Shown here: positions 40,657 through 55,747 of the stretch, piece by piece
How positions within the stretch are numbered: position 1 is the stretch's first letter
Layout of the letters: the number at the start of each line of letters is the position of its first letter
Source of the DNA: Schmidtea polychroa
Lineage: Eukaryota
Length of the DNA: 64,000 nt
NCBI GenBank assembly: GCA_044892525.1
Contig: CM097887.1
Coordinates: 87,088,397-87,152,396 of the forward strand
Reading direction: 5' to 3'
The notes under the pieces: generated by a model
Databases searched by the model: none
What the model was told of the DNA's origin: nothing
What the model saw: only the letters and a program-made list of their open reading frames with translations
Position numbers and translations under genes: made by a program

Positions 40657-43600
40657 TAAATATTTGACATTAAATGATTACATGCATTGAAAATATGCAC
40701 AGTTTGCTCAAAATAATAAACGATTTAAACAATTGGAAAACTTATAATTACAATGTTTTTTAAGTTAAAAATTTGCTTTTCAGTGACCTTTGATATGTTT
40801 TGTTATCTTTCAAAAATTCATTATATTTTTCATATTTAATATAAATGTTCATTTTTGACTTTCAAGTGCTATTTACACTATAGTTAAAATGAAGATGGAT
40901 TAAATTTGAAAATAATTTAAATGAATGCATCAAATTTTTAAATTAATTATAAAAAAATAATTATATTTAATTTACAAGATAATTTTATTCAAGTTAATAA
41001 ATTTTTTAAATGTTGTACATAAATTTTACTATAAGACAATTGTGCATTTTATATTGTCGAAACATACGATTTTATCCCTTCATTGTTTCAGTGCCGTAGC
41101 AATGTGGTAGAGAGACCAAATTGTATCGGGCGCAGGTGATTAGGAAACACCAAAGAATGAATGACATTTTCGCTAACTTTGAACCGTTTGTATTATATGT
41201 TGACAGCAAACCGAGTAATGCATCCAAATATTCTAAATTAAGTTTGCTTACATATCATATTAAGTTGGACTAGAACTGATTTCTAGACCCACAAGTTAGA
41301 ATAGTGATGAAATGTGTCGGTACACAACACGCAACCCAGCACACAAATCAAAAACATCTAAATAATAATATACTAAAATCCAAACAAGAATTATTGCACA
41401 AAAACCTATAAATATAACCGAAAACCATAAAACAACAAAATCAAATTCGAAAAAAGGTGATTAGAAAAAATTTTAAAAATTTTCCATAAAAATCCAGAAC
41501 AATCCATAAAAATGGCGAAATTCATCATGGTCGCCAAACCACCTAATAAGATTTAGAAAAATAAAGTTTTTTTAGTTTAAAATACAGAATTTTTGAAAAA
41601 TAATGCACACAAAGCAATTAAAAAATAAGAAATTGATTAAATTTAACATGTAATGTTCTGGAAATACCTATATCCATCATGGAGGCAAATTTAATAAAAA
41701 ATAATTCCAAAATAAAATTTTAAAAATAAAAACAAAAAATTACGTCAAAATCGCCATCAAAATTGATAAAAATTAAAAATCGGATATTCTAGAATAAAAC
41801 TAATTCGAATTTGTTTTACTGCATTAGTGCACGCACACATACTGGCACACCAAAAATAGGGTATATATACCGACCATTTCAGTTACAAAATACTCTTTTG
41901 CTAAATTTATTTTGTGTAATTTTTGGAAGAAATCGACAAGTAAGGAACTTTCATTAATAGATGTGTTATCATGTTTATTTTTTTTTGGTCTTTATTTTTC
42001 ATGAACGATCTAGAGGGATTGACTGAGACTCCCGTTGTTTGCAATTTCAGCACGAGATCCCAACCAACCCGGCATCTATACAGTGATATGAGGCCCACAA
42101 GCTGCAAACGCAAGAAGCAAAATGATTATTAACCCGGAGTGGCGGTTGACTGCACTGTGTATACCGCGTAGTGTATCCGCTTAAAAAAACTTCGTGGTGA
42201 CTAACTTAATTAATGAAACTAAGCTTGGTGATAAACTTAACCTAAGTTATTTGTCTGTGATTACAACAGACTTTTAGTTCGGCTGTAGCTGTGGCCCCCA
42301 CATAACATTAGGGTTCGACGTACCGTGTCAAGTCGGCCGGGAAATCGAACACTTACTAATTAATTAGACTCATAGTGTAAGTAACAGACAGCATACCTAA
42401 ATTCACAATTCAATTTCCTATCACACAAACCACTAGGTGTATGTTTCCTGAAGTCGAGTCGGCCGAGGGGATGTACAATTAACTTCAGCATACATAATCT
42501 GAATCACACTACAACTTATGATTGACTACGTATGATATAGTAAAGGCAGGGTTAAACAGCCATAAATGATTAGGGAATGATTTCGTTCAATGCTCCTTAA
42601 CTATGAAAGTAATTAATGGAAAAATTACAGGGAGAGTTCCTATCCAAAATTTTGAGAGAGTCTGAAAACTGTGTTAAATTATCTACCAATTTTTTAGTTA
42701 AAATATGGGTAAATTCGTTTAATCTATGAACCCGAAATACAGGGGATCCTTACCCAAGAATTTCATAAAATTACCCTACAATCTCACCACAATGGTCAAA
42801 CATCACCCAGAATAGCTATTAATAACTATTAATAAACCGAAATTTTGTACTCTACAGTACATAATTTACATTTGATTTATGAGTAAACTTACTCTAATTA
42901 TTGCGTTAATCCTACTATATAATCCTACTATATATTGCAGTCCGTGTTTATTTTATATGTAAACCTGCTCTAAATATTACGATAATTATGCTATAATTTT
43001 TATAATCTACGTTACCTAGTATGTACTATGCATTGAAATTTGTGTTTGTTTTATATTACTAGTCATATGTAATAGAATTTCTATATACAATCATTAAATC
43101 TCTACTTACCACGCCTCGGCAAGTTAACAAAATCTCCTGACTACCATGAAAATGCAAATCACAAAATGAGCGTAATGAATGACGAAACGCATAACTACTC
43201 ATTCCCACGATTTTATTTGAAAAGGAAATAAAAAAGAGATTGATCAAAAATTCCCAACGATTAAACATCAGTCGGATTGATATATATATATTGGCTTTTG
43301 TATAAACTTTTCCACATTAAGATATAAGTTTTTATATCGATGAGCCGATGATAGTGCCGAACCCGACAACCTAGTCTGAGAATGAGGTGTGAACTTAGAG
43401 GTCTAAACTCTACGGAACAATTTAATTTCATAATATGGAGGAAAATAAAATCTTCGTTAATGTAATATGTCCAATCGAAATGACTGCCAACTTTCACTAA
43501 GTGGTAAAAATACATCCTTATTTTGAGTCACCAAATCTGAAATACAAGCTGATAATTCAGAAACTTCAGTAACACTTGACAAATCTAATCTCTTTGGCTC

Positions 43601-44635
43601 TTTAGGTACAATATTATCTGAAACTACTGAATAATTATTGAAGATATAAGTAGAGCCGACTCCTAGCATAAGCCGCCTAGAGGCCAAACTTTTTTTTAAG
43701 TAATAATCCTTTGATAATACAAAAATATTTTTTTAAAACTTTATAGTTAAGGTAAGTTTATTGCTCTATTAATTCAAAATATCCTAACACCTCAATTCAG
43801 TTTGAAACCGCAATCGTCTTGCAGTGACATTACACTTGAATTCAAAGAAAGTCTTTTATTGGAATTTAATCTATCTAATGTCTTTATAAATATTTCACTT
43901 TATTTTTACGTATTACGGCTTATTAATCTGTAATTAAAGTAATTCATTTGTTTGAAGGTGAAAATTGTCGCTTCATGATTGGGTGAACGGTATTCAACCA
44001 ATGGGTGTTTGGCATAAACAATAATTGGTGCAAGTAACTGGAACTAGAAAATTTTCTTTTTTAGGATAAAAATGATTGATAAAGGTTCTGTATAGCGAAT
44101 TTAGTCATTCTACTCCAGATATTTACAAAGTTTGTAGAACTCTGAAAAATTTATTGCATTATTTTTGAATAAAACAATAAAATAGACATTGATTCGAATT
44201 GTATGATAGAATAATTATATGGATTTTACAGAAAATCAATAGAAAGAATTCATTTTTAATACGAATTTTTTATCCAATTTTAGCTGAAGATATCAGGAAT
44301 ATGAGACTTATCACTTTTGGCATTTCGTAAAATTGGACATCCAGCGAGAAGCTGACAATATACAAGATGGCCTCCGATTATGACAATTATTTCATCAAAT
44401 AACATCACAAACCCTCTTTACAATTGCAAAAATATTAAAAGAAAATGAAAAACGAGTCTCACAAACGATTTAGAAACTCTAAATACACAACATTTATTTC
44501 CATGATAAAAATATAAGAATAATCTGATAATGAATATGAACAATCGTAAGAGTGGTTATAAATATTATACTTATGTACAGTGGATGTTCAATTCTGTTTG
44601 TACATATACAATACACAATTTTTATTTAAAAAAAT

Positions 44636-47600
44636 TTAATAAATTTCACGAAGTTCAGTTAAAAAGTAGGCCTCTAATTTGTCAGCTGACTGATATTCTT
44701 TGGACTTTTCATCGAAATATATACGGCAGGCTGTGAATATCTTGTGCATATCGAGTTTGAATGATCCTATTGTCGAATATTTCATCTTATCCAAGTTGGA
44801 TTTTGCTGTAGAAAGATCTGAATGATTTGTAGTCATATAAATGTTTTAATATATGAATTAAGTCGTTTACCCATTGGTGAGCGGACAACTTGATAATATC
44901 TAGGACAAGCTTTAATGTCGACTGGTTTGAGAAAATACATGGCACTTTTGTGTTTCTATAAATATATCGGAAGGTAATTTATCAAATATGTATATAAATG
45001 TGTTACCATCATTCGATTTAGCAATTCTGATAGTTTTCTACGAATATCTGGATTAACTTTCCTCTCGTAATCGATACTATGACTGTTCGGAGTGGCACTC
45101 GAGGTAGACTCGTCTTTTTTCGGTGTTTTTCTTTTAGTCTGTTTGCAAGATGGACATTTGTAATTCCCTTGGAAATTATTCGCTTCCTCCTCTGTCATAC
45201 CTATGCAGTGTGGATGATACCAATCGTCACAGTAGTCACATCCGATATATAATCTGAAAAAGGAGAATTAATAATAACATAATTAATTAATTAGGAATAT
45301 TTATTACTTGGTTTCATCGTATTTCGTTTTACAGACACAATAGATTTCATCTGTTTCCTTTTGCTGACAAACGTGACACTTCCATGTCTCAATGGATGAG
45401 ACCTTCTTTCCGGTCATTTGAACACACGAAAAATGATACCATCGCTCACAAAAATCACAGCCGATATATTTTTGTGTTGGATCGTACACTTTACAAAAGC
45501 AATACTTTTCTTCCTCAATTTCCGATTCCGAGTACTTATGGTAGTCGGCCTTTTTCGATTTCGAATGACTTGATCGGACAGGAGAGGTAGAATAATCGGA
45601 ACTGTTCTTCCGTTTACGTTTTTTGCTCTGCTCCGTTATCGAGTTATGATCGATTGAGATAGAACTCCTTTGCTCAAAGGTCTGGAGTGTGTCATCAGAA
45701 TTGTCGTCAGAAAATTCTGAGTCGTCATTTTTGGATTTCTTAGATCGGCTTTTTCTTTTAGAAACTGATCTCGGTTTAAAATTCGCTGTTTTGTTGAATT
45801 GCGGTACACAAGGGACATGGTCGTCAAGGGGTTGAGTATCGACAGCTGGTGATGTACTGCCCGTTTCGACTTCCCTGTCGGTCAATTCATCTGAGCTTTC
45901 ACCTCGATAATGTTCTTTACGATTTTTTTTGATTTTTTTTGACTCCTTTTTAGCTAGTTCACTGAACTTCAAATCATCGACTTTATTCAATGCCTTTATG
46001 GTTTCAGTGTCAATGATATTTTGCTTAGTTGAATTTAATCGATTAGTTATTTCAGTAATACCACCTTCCATGTCGATAGCAACATCATCAAATTTGGCAT
46101 CTTCACTTTGTGATGAAACAGACCTACGCATTGGTGGTCGACCTCTCCCTCTTCCTCTGGCTCGTCCTCTTCCTCGACCACGATTGAAATGCATGTGCAC
46201 AGGTTCAGATCGACTAACTTCTCGTATATCTGTGATAGGAACCGGAATTTGTTTGACAACATGATTTTGAATGATTCCCATATCGGAAACCTCCATTGGT
46301 ATGGTCTGCTTTATCACATTCGATGATTCTATAATTAATTTTGCTGGTAAATTATCGGATTTCGATAGAACTTTGGTTTCAATCTTTATGTGTTCCAATT
46401 TGTCAACTGTTTTATTCAATCCAATGTCGGGTCTGTTGATAATATCTTGAGTTTTTATTTCAACGGGAATTACTGGCTTCATATCTAACGCTTCAGATTT
46501 AACCACTATATTAACAGCAGGAGTTATTTTATTAATTTCAGAATTAAGCTGAGTTGGTAGGGCATATTGAATATTGCTCGGAACGATTGTCATTGCATTT
46601 CTAGCTGTTATTGGGTTGTCAGAACGTTGGGACTCTTTTTTATTCATTATCGACGACACAATCTGACTTTGATTTTTATTCTGAGGAATTTGGAACTTAC
46701 GCCAACTGATGCTGAATGAATTTTATCAATAACGATGCTTGCAGACATAATTTCCACAACATTGATAAACGAGTGACCAAAAAACCTCTCCTACATCCTC
46801 TGTATCAAAATGATTGTCCGATTTTCAAATTTGGAATTAAGATAACGAAAAACGATGTAGTATTTCCGATTTCCTATTGTGAGTTGCATATTAATATAAG
46901 TCAGCTAACATTTCCTTCCATCACTTCTGGACATTGTGGCCAAATTCAATATATTACCGTCGATGTCAAATGTTGAATTTGTTGATTGTTGATTACATTA
47001 AGAAATGAGATTTTACAAAATTTACTGAAATATTCAAAGGTGAAAGGGCTAACTGTATTTTACTGTATGAAACCTGCTTCTTGAATTTGGAAATTATGGC
47101 TCACAAGAACTGTAATTGTAAACTAGAACTAACATCTATATTGCGAACGGAATCAAGGTGATTATAATTCATTTGAAGAGCTAGGAATAGAAACTTTGGA
47201 TAGCGTGTTTCTGATTTTACAGCGAGCAATGAAATGCATAATAAAAATTAGTGATTGAGGGGATGAATTTACTTCCATCTTAAAGCAAATAATTGTAGAA
47301 AATTGACAATCATTTTGAAACGGAGGAGTATATTATATGAAATATAGATTTATAAATACAAAATTTGGGATTTTAATTTCCAAATATTTCCCACCGACAA
47401 AAGCGAAACGATGGATCTTTTGACATTCACATGCATCTTACAATTTCTACTTAGTTTGTATTAATTTTTAAAAGTTTTAATCTAAGGTTAAACTCAATAA
47501 TCCAACAAAATGTTTAAGAGATGATAAAATATCTAAATCCCTGTGAATGTAAGAATTTATGAAGAATGTGAAGTTATTGAATTTAGGCCTGGCGATACGT

Positions 47601-50600
47601 GCTTTAGGCAATTAAAGTTGTTTTGCAATCTGTTGAATGCGAATAATATGTAAGTATTTTATTAATTTAATATTTTCTCAAACTATTTAAAAATAATTTG
47701 CCTTTATGTTGCTTTTCTGTTAAATAAATGCTTACAAATTTTATAGCTAGATTTGTTTTATGATTTTTAAATAAAAAATTGTAAAATATAATTCTTTTAC
47801 AGTCTATTTATCAGTCAGCTGAGAAATTATATTCAATTTTCAAATTGGGTTTCAATGTGACTTGAAAACATTTATTTGTAATATCCCAAAAAATGCGTTT
47901 TTCCAAAATTTCTTCATTGTTTTGGTCAGTTTTTGGAGACCACATAATTTATATTAGTGAATATTAAATGCAAATAAAATTGATTTTTTTGAAAGGTTTT
48001 TATTCTGAAATCGTGCTTAATTCGTCGACCCAAACTAGTAAGTATTATTTAAATAGAAAAGGTAAAATAATAAATAGAAGTTCAAAACTACTACATAATG
48101 TAGATAAATGGAGTGAAGTCGTGCTTATCTTTTAGTGATTTCTTTAAATATTCTTATAATCGATCCATGATATGTTGTATTAAATTCATGATTTTTATAA
48201 TATCTCATTTTGCTCTACCAAGTCTAAAATTTTGGAAATAAAAATAAAATAAATGATAATGAAAAAATGTTCATATAATAATTTCTTAATCTTTAATATA
48301 TGCATTTCATCATTTAATAATAATTTAGATATCGATTTAATATTAACAAAAATTATATTAAAAAATCGATTTCAGAATTATTATTTATAACATTTGGCTG
48401 CCGTGTCACCCACCAATGACCGACAACAAGGATTTCCAATTAGGCCGTGTCGACCACCGGTGGCCAACACGACATACCTAACTTTAGATTATCATTTTGT
48501 GCAGTCGACCACGCCTTTTGTATAAGCTACTATAAGACTTGCCCTATTATATTAAATTAAACCTAAAACGTTAAAATATTGTTTGGATATTTTACGAAAA
48601 TCCTATTAGTAGTCAATTATTTATAATTAATAATTAAATTTTGATAAATACAAAAAGCGATCCACAATTTATTTATAATTCTCCCCTCAATATCATAGGC
48701 CCATCATCTGTCATAGCCTAGGGGTACAAAATACACTAAATTTCTGAGCCATTTGGAATTTGCACCAATTGATACTGAAAGGAATTAACCAATAATTAAT
48801 TTCTAATAAATTCAAAGTTTGATCCGCAGTATATTTAAAATTTCAGTCAAAAGAAAAATTTTAATATAAAAAATTTCTATGAATTAGTAAAAAATCAATA
48901 ATAACCTCATTAAGTAATCCCGAATTTCCCACAATTCTAAGAGATCTTCTTCCATCCATTCTTCGCGGAATCTTTTCTCGGGAACTTTAGTCGCTTGATA
49001 ATCCTCATTGTTCTTATTTCTAGGTCTTCGACCACGTGACTTAATCGCACGCGAAACACCAGGAATGAAGTTCGGGTCCGAATCTTCCGAGTCGATTTCT
49101 CCATCATCAGTGAAATAGTCCACATCCGTATATCTAGCTGAAGTCCGTTGTCTGCCACGACGATTTACTCGGCCACGATTTCTCGACGGTCCCGGTAAAT
49201 CCGATGCTGTCGTTGTCGTGCAAATCGTCACCAAATACGAACACACGTTGCAATATTTATCCAACGGCTTCCAACCTATGATTTTCCGTTCTACGATTTC
49301 CCCGGTTAGCAGTGTTTCTTTGTAGATCCCTTGAGACATGTTGATACTGTTTGGAATACCGCTGCTGAGCCAGTTGATGAGCATGTCATCCCATCGCAGA
49401 GAGTACCAGAGAATTTTCATACATAATGCCAAACATGATAGTCCAGATGATCCGACATTTTTCAGTTTCTCGTGATCTGGATCTACACAGGGTTCCGTAG
49501 CAGCCAAATCGAAATTTCTGTCATCGAGATCGTCTGAATTCTGGACCCGTGAAACCTGATATCTCCATGTGACACAGAATCCAGGTCTAGAACTAGGATA
49601 CGGCCAAAATATCTAGAAATCCCAATATATCGATTTATATAAATATGCATACATATATAACTACATTGTTTAGTCGCTTTTTTTCCACGTCGAATCCAGG
49701 TACTTCCGTTCGACCGGCTGCTAAAATGATTTGCCGCAAGTTTTCGACTTTGTATAGGAAAACACTTCGGGCAAATTGCTTAGATTCTAACGGCCATTTA
49801 TGGAGATTTCTATTGGGTAACAATCGATCGGGTTCTGGTTCGATTTTATTGTTGTTCGGTTCATTGGGACATGATAATGATGATGAATTGAAGAGTTTAT
49901 ATTTCTCAGATATTCCCATAGTAGCCTGTTCGATCTTGTTTTCCAGTTCGGCTATTTGTTTGTCTAATTGATCTAATTGTTGATCGAGAGATACGATCTG
50001 AATGTCAATCAATGAGTAGCACACAATAGCAGAATATGACAAACTTCGTTGCATAGATTGTCCATTTCTTTCCGTTGAATTAATTCATCATTCGTATCGG
50101 AGGTCGGGACAATTCGGCTGTCAGTGTTGTGTGTAACTTTACTCATTGTGCGACGGCCTTGCACTGGTGTCGACATCCGAGATGTACCGACGATAACATT
50201 TGAATACATAGCTAAATATCAAAAATAAATTGATTTAGTTGAGGAAATTAAATAGAAAATTACAGGTATTATTTGACGCTTGGATGTTTTGTATGGTTGG
50301 CATTTGTTTCTGTTGCATCATTGCAGGTTCCATTGGTAATAAACGCTTATATTGCTGTTGGTTACAGTTGGGAGTAGTGATTCTGACAGGTAGCTGAATA
50401 CCGTTGTTTGATCCATAGATAATATTCTGTTGATTTATCACATGACCATTGGCAACAGTAGTTGGATGACCAATCGTAGCCTGGCCCATGTTACCCATAT
50501 TATTGACCAGCACAAACTGCTGACCGCCTGGATTGATCTTCCTTATTGGAACACCTTGATGGTTGACAGGTGGAGTGACTAATCTCAGCAGCTGATTGTT

Positions 50601-53600
50601 AGCCAGCCTCACAATCTGAGTAGGTTGGTATGCTCCATTTACTTGAGGAAAGTTATAGTCTACTACCTTAAATTGGTGAGGTTGATTTAGCATCATTCTG
50701 TTTTGGTTAGCATTGTTTTGACCGATATTGAGAACACACAAATGTCTGATATTGTTCCCACTATTGATGACAATCGGTTTCATATTAGCATTACTCATGT
50801 CAGTATTGTCAGTATTCTGGGGTATATATGTCAATGAATTTTGTGTCGATGCTTCAACATTTGTTGGAACATCTTCATCATCAGCACCATCATACTGATT
50901 CATAAACGGCGAGTTTTCATTTTGATATCGCATTCGCTTTTCCCTACACGATTAAATTAATTTTTGCTCAAATAGATGCCTTAAAAGTTATATCTGATTA
51001 TAATTGAAAGATCAATAAGGTTCCATTAGTGATTATAATGAACGAAAGTTATTTATTTTAATTCTCAACAACTTAATTCTGCTTAGGTGATTTTTGACGT
51101 TATGTGTAGTTTTCGGTTTTTCTGAAATCATTTCATTTTTTCAGTTTTTATTTATTTTTAATTTTCCCATTTCTAAATATGTCCCGATCTTTGAAATCCG
51201 AGTTCTTTGTTTCACCTGACGATATTTCAAATATAAATTGGAATACTAAAAGGAATCAATGTGTAATGGCAATACCAAACCGGGAATAATTATTATTCAA
51301 ACCTCTATCAATACAGATTAATCCAACTAACTGATAATCGTTACAAGAATTTTAAGGATCCAAAAACTTGTGTAAATCAAATGATAAACTATATAGCATA
51401 AAGTTAAAAACGTTCTTATTAAACAAGTAATTTGACAGGGACCCTCAGAAAATGCTGGTTTTCTACATTAAATTACTCTGTAATACTGATTGAAAAGTTC
51501 ATTTTAAATTGTCATATTTATATGGGTCAATCTAGTGAAGAATAGGAATATGGACATTGAAAAAAATTTAAAAAAAAGAAGAATGTAAATATTTATTTAG
51601 TAAATGTCACAGAAGACGTCAAAAAACAAATGAATTTGAATATTTTTTATATTTTAATTTGTCATAATTTCATTAGAAAAAATATTCTTTTGAAAGACTG
51701 CTTTTAGCTAAAGGCTAGCAAGCTGAAATTCGATAGTGAATATATATATAATTTGACTGTAAAGCGAGAGTTGTGAAAATTGGGGTTATAGTTAGCAGAA
51801 ATATATCAATATTTTTTAGAGGATTGAAAGTTAAAACAGGTGACAAATGAAAATTTAAAAATAATTTAGTAATTTTAATTGGAACAGTAGTAAAAATATT
51901 GAGACCATTTTATATCGTGATCCTGTAAACAAAATTCTTATTTTCAACAGACAGAAACGCAGCTTGTCCAACTAAAAATTTGTCTTCAAATTTTATTATT
52001 AATTTTACACCTTTCGATGGCATTACCAAGCTATATATTGAGTCTCAATTAGTTAATATAAGAACAGAGTCAGAGCTTAGACTACCGAAATTCATTATAA
52101 AACGTACAACACAATATAAAGAAATGCCACGGATCTGTGTGGTCCCGCGGATGAATATATACTGATTCTAGTATTACATACAGCTAATTAGGGTCTTAAA
52201 CTTTACACGACTTTATTATAAATAACCGTTTGATTGAAGGTGTAATATCTTAAAAGGTTACAATACAGATTTGCACTTCCTAAAATTAACCAAAGGTAAA
52301 CTTTTTCAAAGGTCCCCAAGTTTTATTATTGATTTCACTACTTTATTTTCAATGGTATTTCCAAACTTTTTAGAAGGTTCATTTGTATAGTTGAGTTCTG
52401 TTCGCATAGGGAGGGATTCGAGTTCCATAATTCCCTCTGAAGCAGTTAAAATCCCTTTATTGACTGAGTATTATAAATGGTTAATTGGAAATTTGAAATA
52501 AATATTAAAATGTTCAAAGACCTTACCCAGAATTGACGAAGGATTGATCGAAACTTTGAAATTGTCTTTTTCTATTTTGCTGTTGAGTTTTCCACTGAAT
52601 GAGTTTGTTATAATTTTTCGATAAAATATCCAATTTCTCTTCCAGTTGTTCCTTTTTCAATCGAATTTCATTTCTTTGATTTGTAAAATCTTGCAATTTT
52701 CTCTTCGAATCTTCCACATCAAAATCTTTTCTTGCATTTTCTAACTCGGTTAACCGAACCCCGAGTAAACTATTGAATTTATGAGCACCATTCGGGTCCA
52801 AAACGGGACAATAGAGTTGATGATTATTGGATATGTTGGAGCTGATATCAATAATGTCATCATCATCGTCAATGTCGTTATCATTTTCAAACGAGGCAAA
52901 TTCGAATCGAGACCTCTTTTTCATTGGTAATTTCAATAACGAATGAATTCCGAAATTCGATTCAACGATAATTTCTTTATCGCCAAATTTCGACTTGAAA
53001 TAATCGCGTAATTTGAAAGCGTTGTAAATAATCGATACATTCAACCAGGTCCATCCGTCTCCACTGCTCCGGCGGTATTCTTCGCCTTTCGTTTTCCAAA
53101 TCGTGTGTTTCAATAAGCCGGGATTTCTGGTTTTCACTAATTCACCGTCCGGCTTTACGCCTTTTCTTTCCAGGGTTTTTAGTCGCTTTTCTTCCTCTCT
53201 TTCGGCAGCGGTAATTCTATCGAGATAAAGAAATCCGAGAGAATTAGTCCATACTTTCTTTAAACTACAGGCTCGAATTGCTGACTCGAAAATCGCGACG
53301 AAATCCGCCAGAGACGCTGCATTTCGTGTTCTTTGAATGTTTATTAGCCAATTTTTTCGTTCAGTTTTCCACGCTGGACACATGTATGAGGAAAAGATTT
53401 GAGCTTCCATATGTTGGAGAGTTAATCTGAGACATTGCAACATGTTCAACGGGCCGCCAAGAATATCATTGACAGGACGTTTATTGGGAATCAATAAATT
53501 TGGCCACCCCGCTCGATTTGACGGTTGACTGACAAACCATTGGAACTCATTGCATTCATTTAGTGAATATTTGTTCCCCAAAACCCGTTTCCTATCTTTG

Positions 53601-55747
53601 TCTTCTTGGTGTTGAATTTTCGATAATGCCTCAAATTCTGTGCTGTAAAGATTAGAATAAAATCGCCAATCACCTTCTTCCCCCAATCGATAATAGATCA
53701 CTCCTTCTTCTCCAGATTCATCGATTTCACAGTTATATATTGATGCAACTTCCTCCAATTGATTTGAACGCGTTTTTGCTGACAATCTCACTCGCACTGT
53801 GCTCCCATCGATATTCCTAACCAATAAACCTTCCTGGTCTTCAATAACACCGACTGGTTGACCAGACATTGTTTTAAGGTTACATTTCTTCGATTCATTC
53901 GTTTCGATTGGTTTTTTCAATGAAAGTGTGTTTCCGAAAGCATCAAGAGTTTCCAAGTTTTCTCCGATATTTTTCACATTTCCCAAATGGGTTTCTTCCG
54001 ATTTTTCGATTAAACTCATTGATTGGCCGTATTGTTTGAGTTCTTCTTCCAAAACGTTGTAAACTTTTAATTCTTTCGATATTTCTTTCATGAATTTTTG
54101 CATACCTTTAGCAGACAAAGTTTTTGTGACTTCCATCGATTTTTTCATTTCTTCTTCGAGACTATCGAACACATCACACAATTCAGCCTCCCAATCCCGA
54201 CTTAGTTGGGATCGAACCTTTTCCAAGGCGAAAGTTGTACTATAATACATGACGTTATCGTAAACGGGCTCGAAATCCTTCTCTTCGTCTTTTTCAAGAA
54301 TTAACTCAACCAAATTCTGGATATTATCATTTCTCGGTTCAACAATCAACCTCCTAGCCGTGAACCAATAAGTATTTCCAAATCGATCTTGGCCTAGTGG
54401 GGTTTTTTTATGTTCAACTAAAGCCTTTTCACCGTCAAAATTACAATCGAATAAACCGGGTATTTTGTGTTTCACGCAAATCGGACAATTCCATGTCGTT
54501 GTTGGGACCGATGTTAACTGTGGTGTCAAACAATCCAAATGATAAACAGCTGAACATGAGTCACAGCATAACACTTCTCCACTTGTGTGACAAATCCGAC
54601 AAAAATCTTCGTGGGTTATCAAATTTTCTCTTGCCATTTCGTTTCTAACACTTGTTCCAAGAACGAATAAATCCAACAAGAATGTTAAAACACTGATTCG
54701 ATCGTAGACGTTGACGAAAGGATATGCATCTGATATATGAACTTTCTGAGATTTATAATCGATTGATTTGACATACATCCTCAATAATTCCGACCAAGTC
54801 ATAGAATCAATAAGATGAAAGGCGAGATTGATACCGTCTTTCTGGTCGATTGGACACAGAGATGTGTTTGATATTTCATCTTCTCTGAGTAATAATTTCA
54901 AAATAGATATGTGTAATTCCGATAATAGGTTTGAATTTTCATTTGTTATCATTGCTGTCATGAAATCTTCAATTTTGAATGGGGAAATTCGAAGAATTTT
55001 ATAATATTGAATAACGGTTTCATAAATACTCATCAATTGCAATACAGAATCCTTTGGACATTTCAAATCATTGGATGAAGGAGGAAGATTAATTAGAGGT
55101 TTTGATGGATCATTAATATGCAGAGAATTATCTCTTTCAGCGAGAATATAATTATAGAGATCTGAATTATTTAAATCAAAAGTTTTCATTGTTCCAATAT
55201 ATATTTCCTCTTCTTCTTCTTCCAGTTCTTCTGGTGGATCTACACTTTCAGCAATAAGAGGTTCAACAACTTCGGCAGTATTTCCATAAACTTCACTTGC
55301 TTCTTCTAATCGTCTAAAATATTCATCATCACTTAATTCATTTTCAATGCCCAAATTTTCATCGTCAATATCTGAGGACCATGGATTTTGAATTTTTTTA
55401 CGTTTAGGCCGACCACGTTTTTTTCTTGTTGATTTTGGTGTTGTTTTTGGTATTTTCGGTTTAGGAGTAGCTTAATATTGACAACGTTAAATACAAATTT
55501 AAAAATTATTTAAAATCATTTAAGTAAAAATAAACATACTTTTAATAGATTTAGTTTTTGGTGTCTTTTTTATTTTAGGTTTAGACTCTTCTATGTCCCA
55601 ATTTTCTAATTCATTAGGTGAAACAAAAACTATATTTGTGTTCTTTTTATGAATTTTATCTCTCAATGGCGTACTGTCATTTTTAACGTCTGTTGAGACA
55701 CTATTTGAATCTTCTGTGGAATCGATATTTTCATCATTTGATTCCAT
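44636..55747 (-). CDS. BPTF: BPTF/NURF301 chromatin-remodelling subunit, multi-exon
   Basis: Exons ~55747-55540, 55470-52527 (AT-hook RKKRGRPKRK, DDT, PHD HEDFCRIC..., WHIM LGQDRFGNTYWF), 50943-50264 (Q-rich), 50211-50045, 49997-~49660, ~49604-48906 (WPYPSSRP..TWRY, LWYSLRWDDM, EEDLLELWEIR), ~46680-45308, 45253-45007 (two PHDs), 44955-44871 and 44817-44636 (bromodomain). Some small internal exons (46.7-47.3 kb, 51-52.5 kb) are unresolved. Confidence 0.95.
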
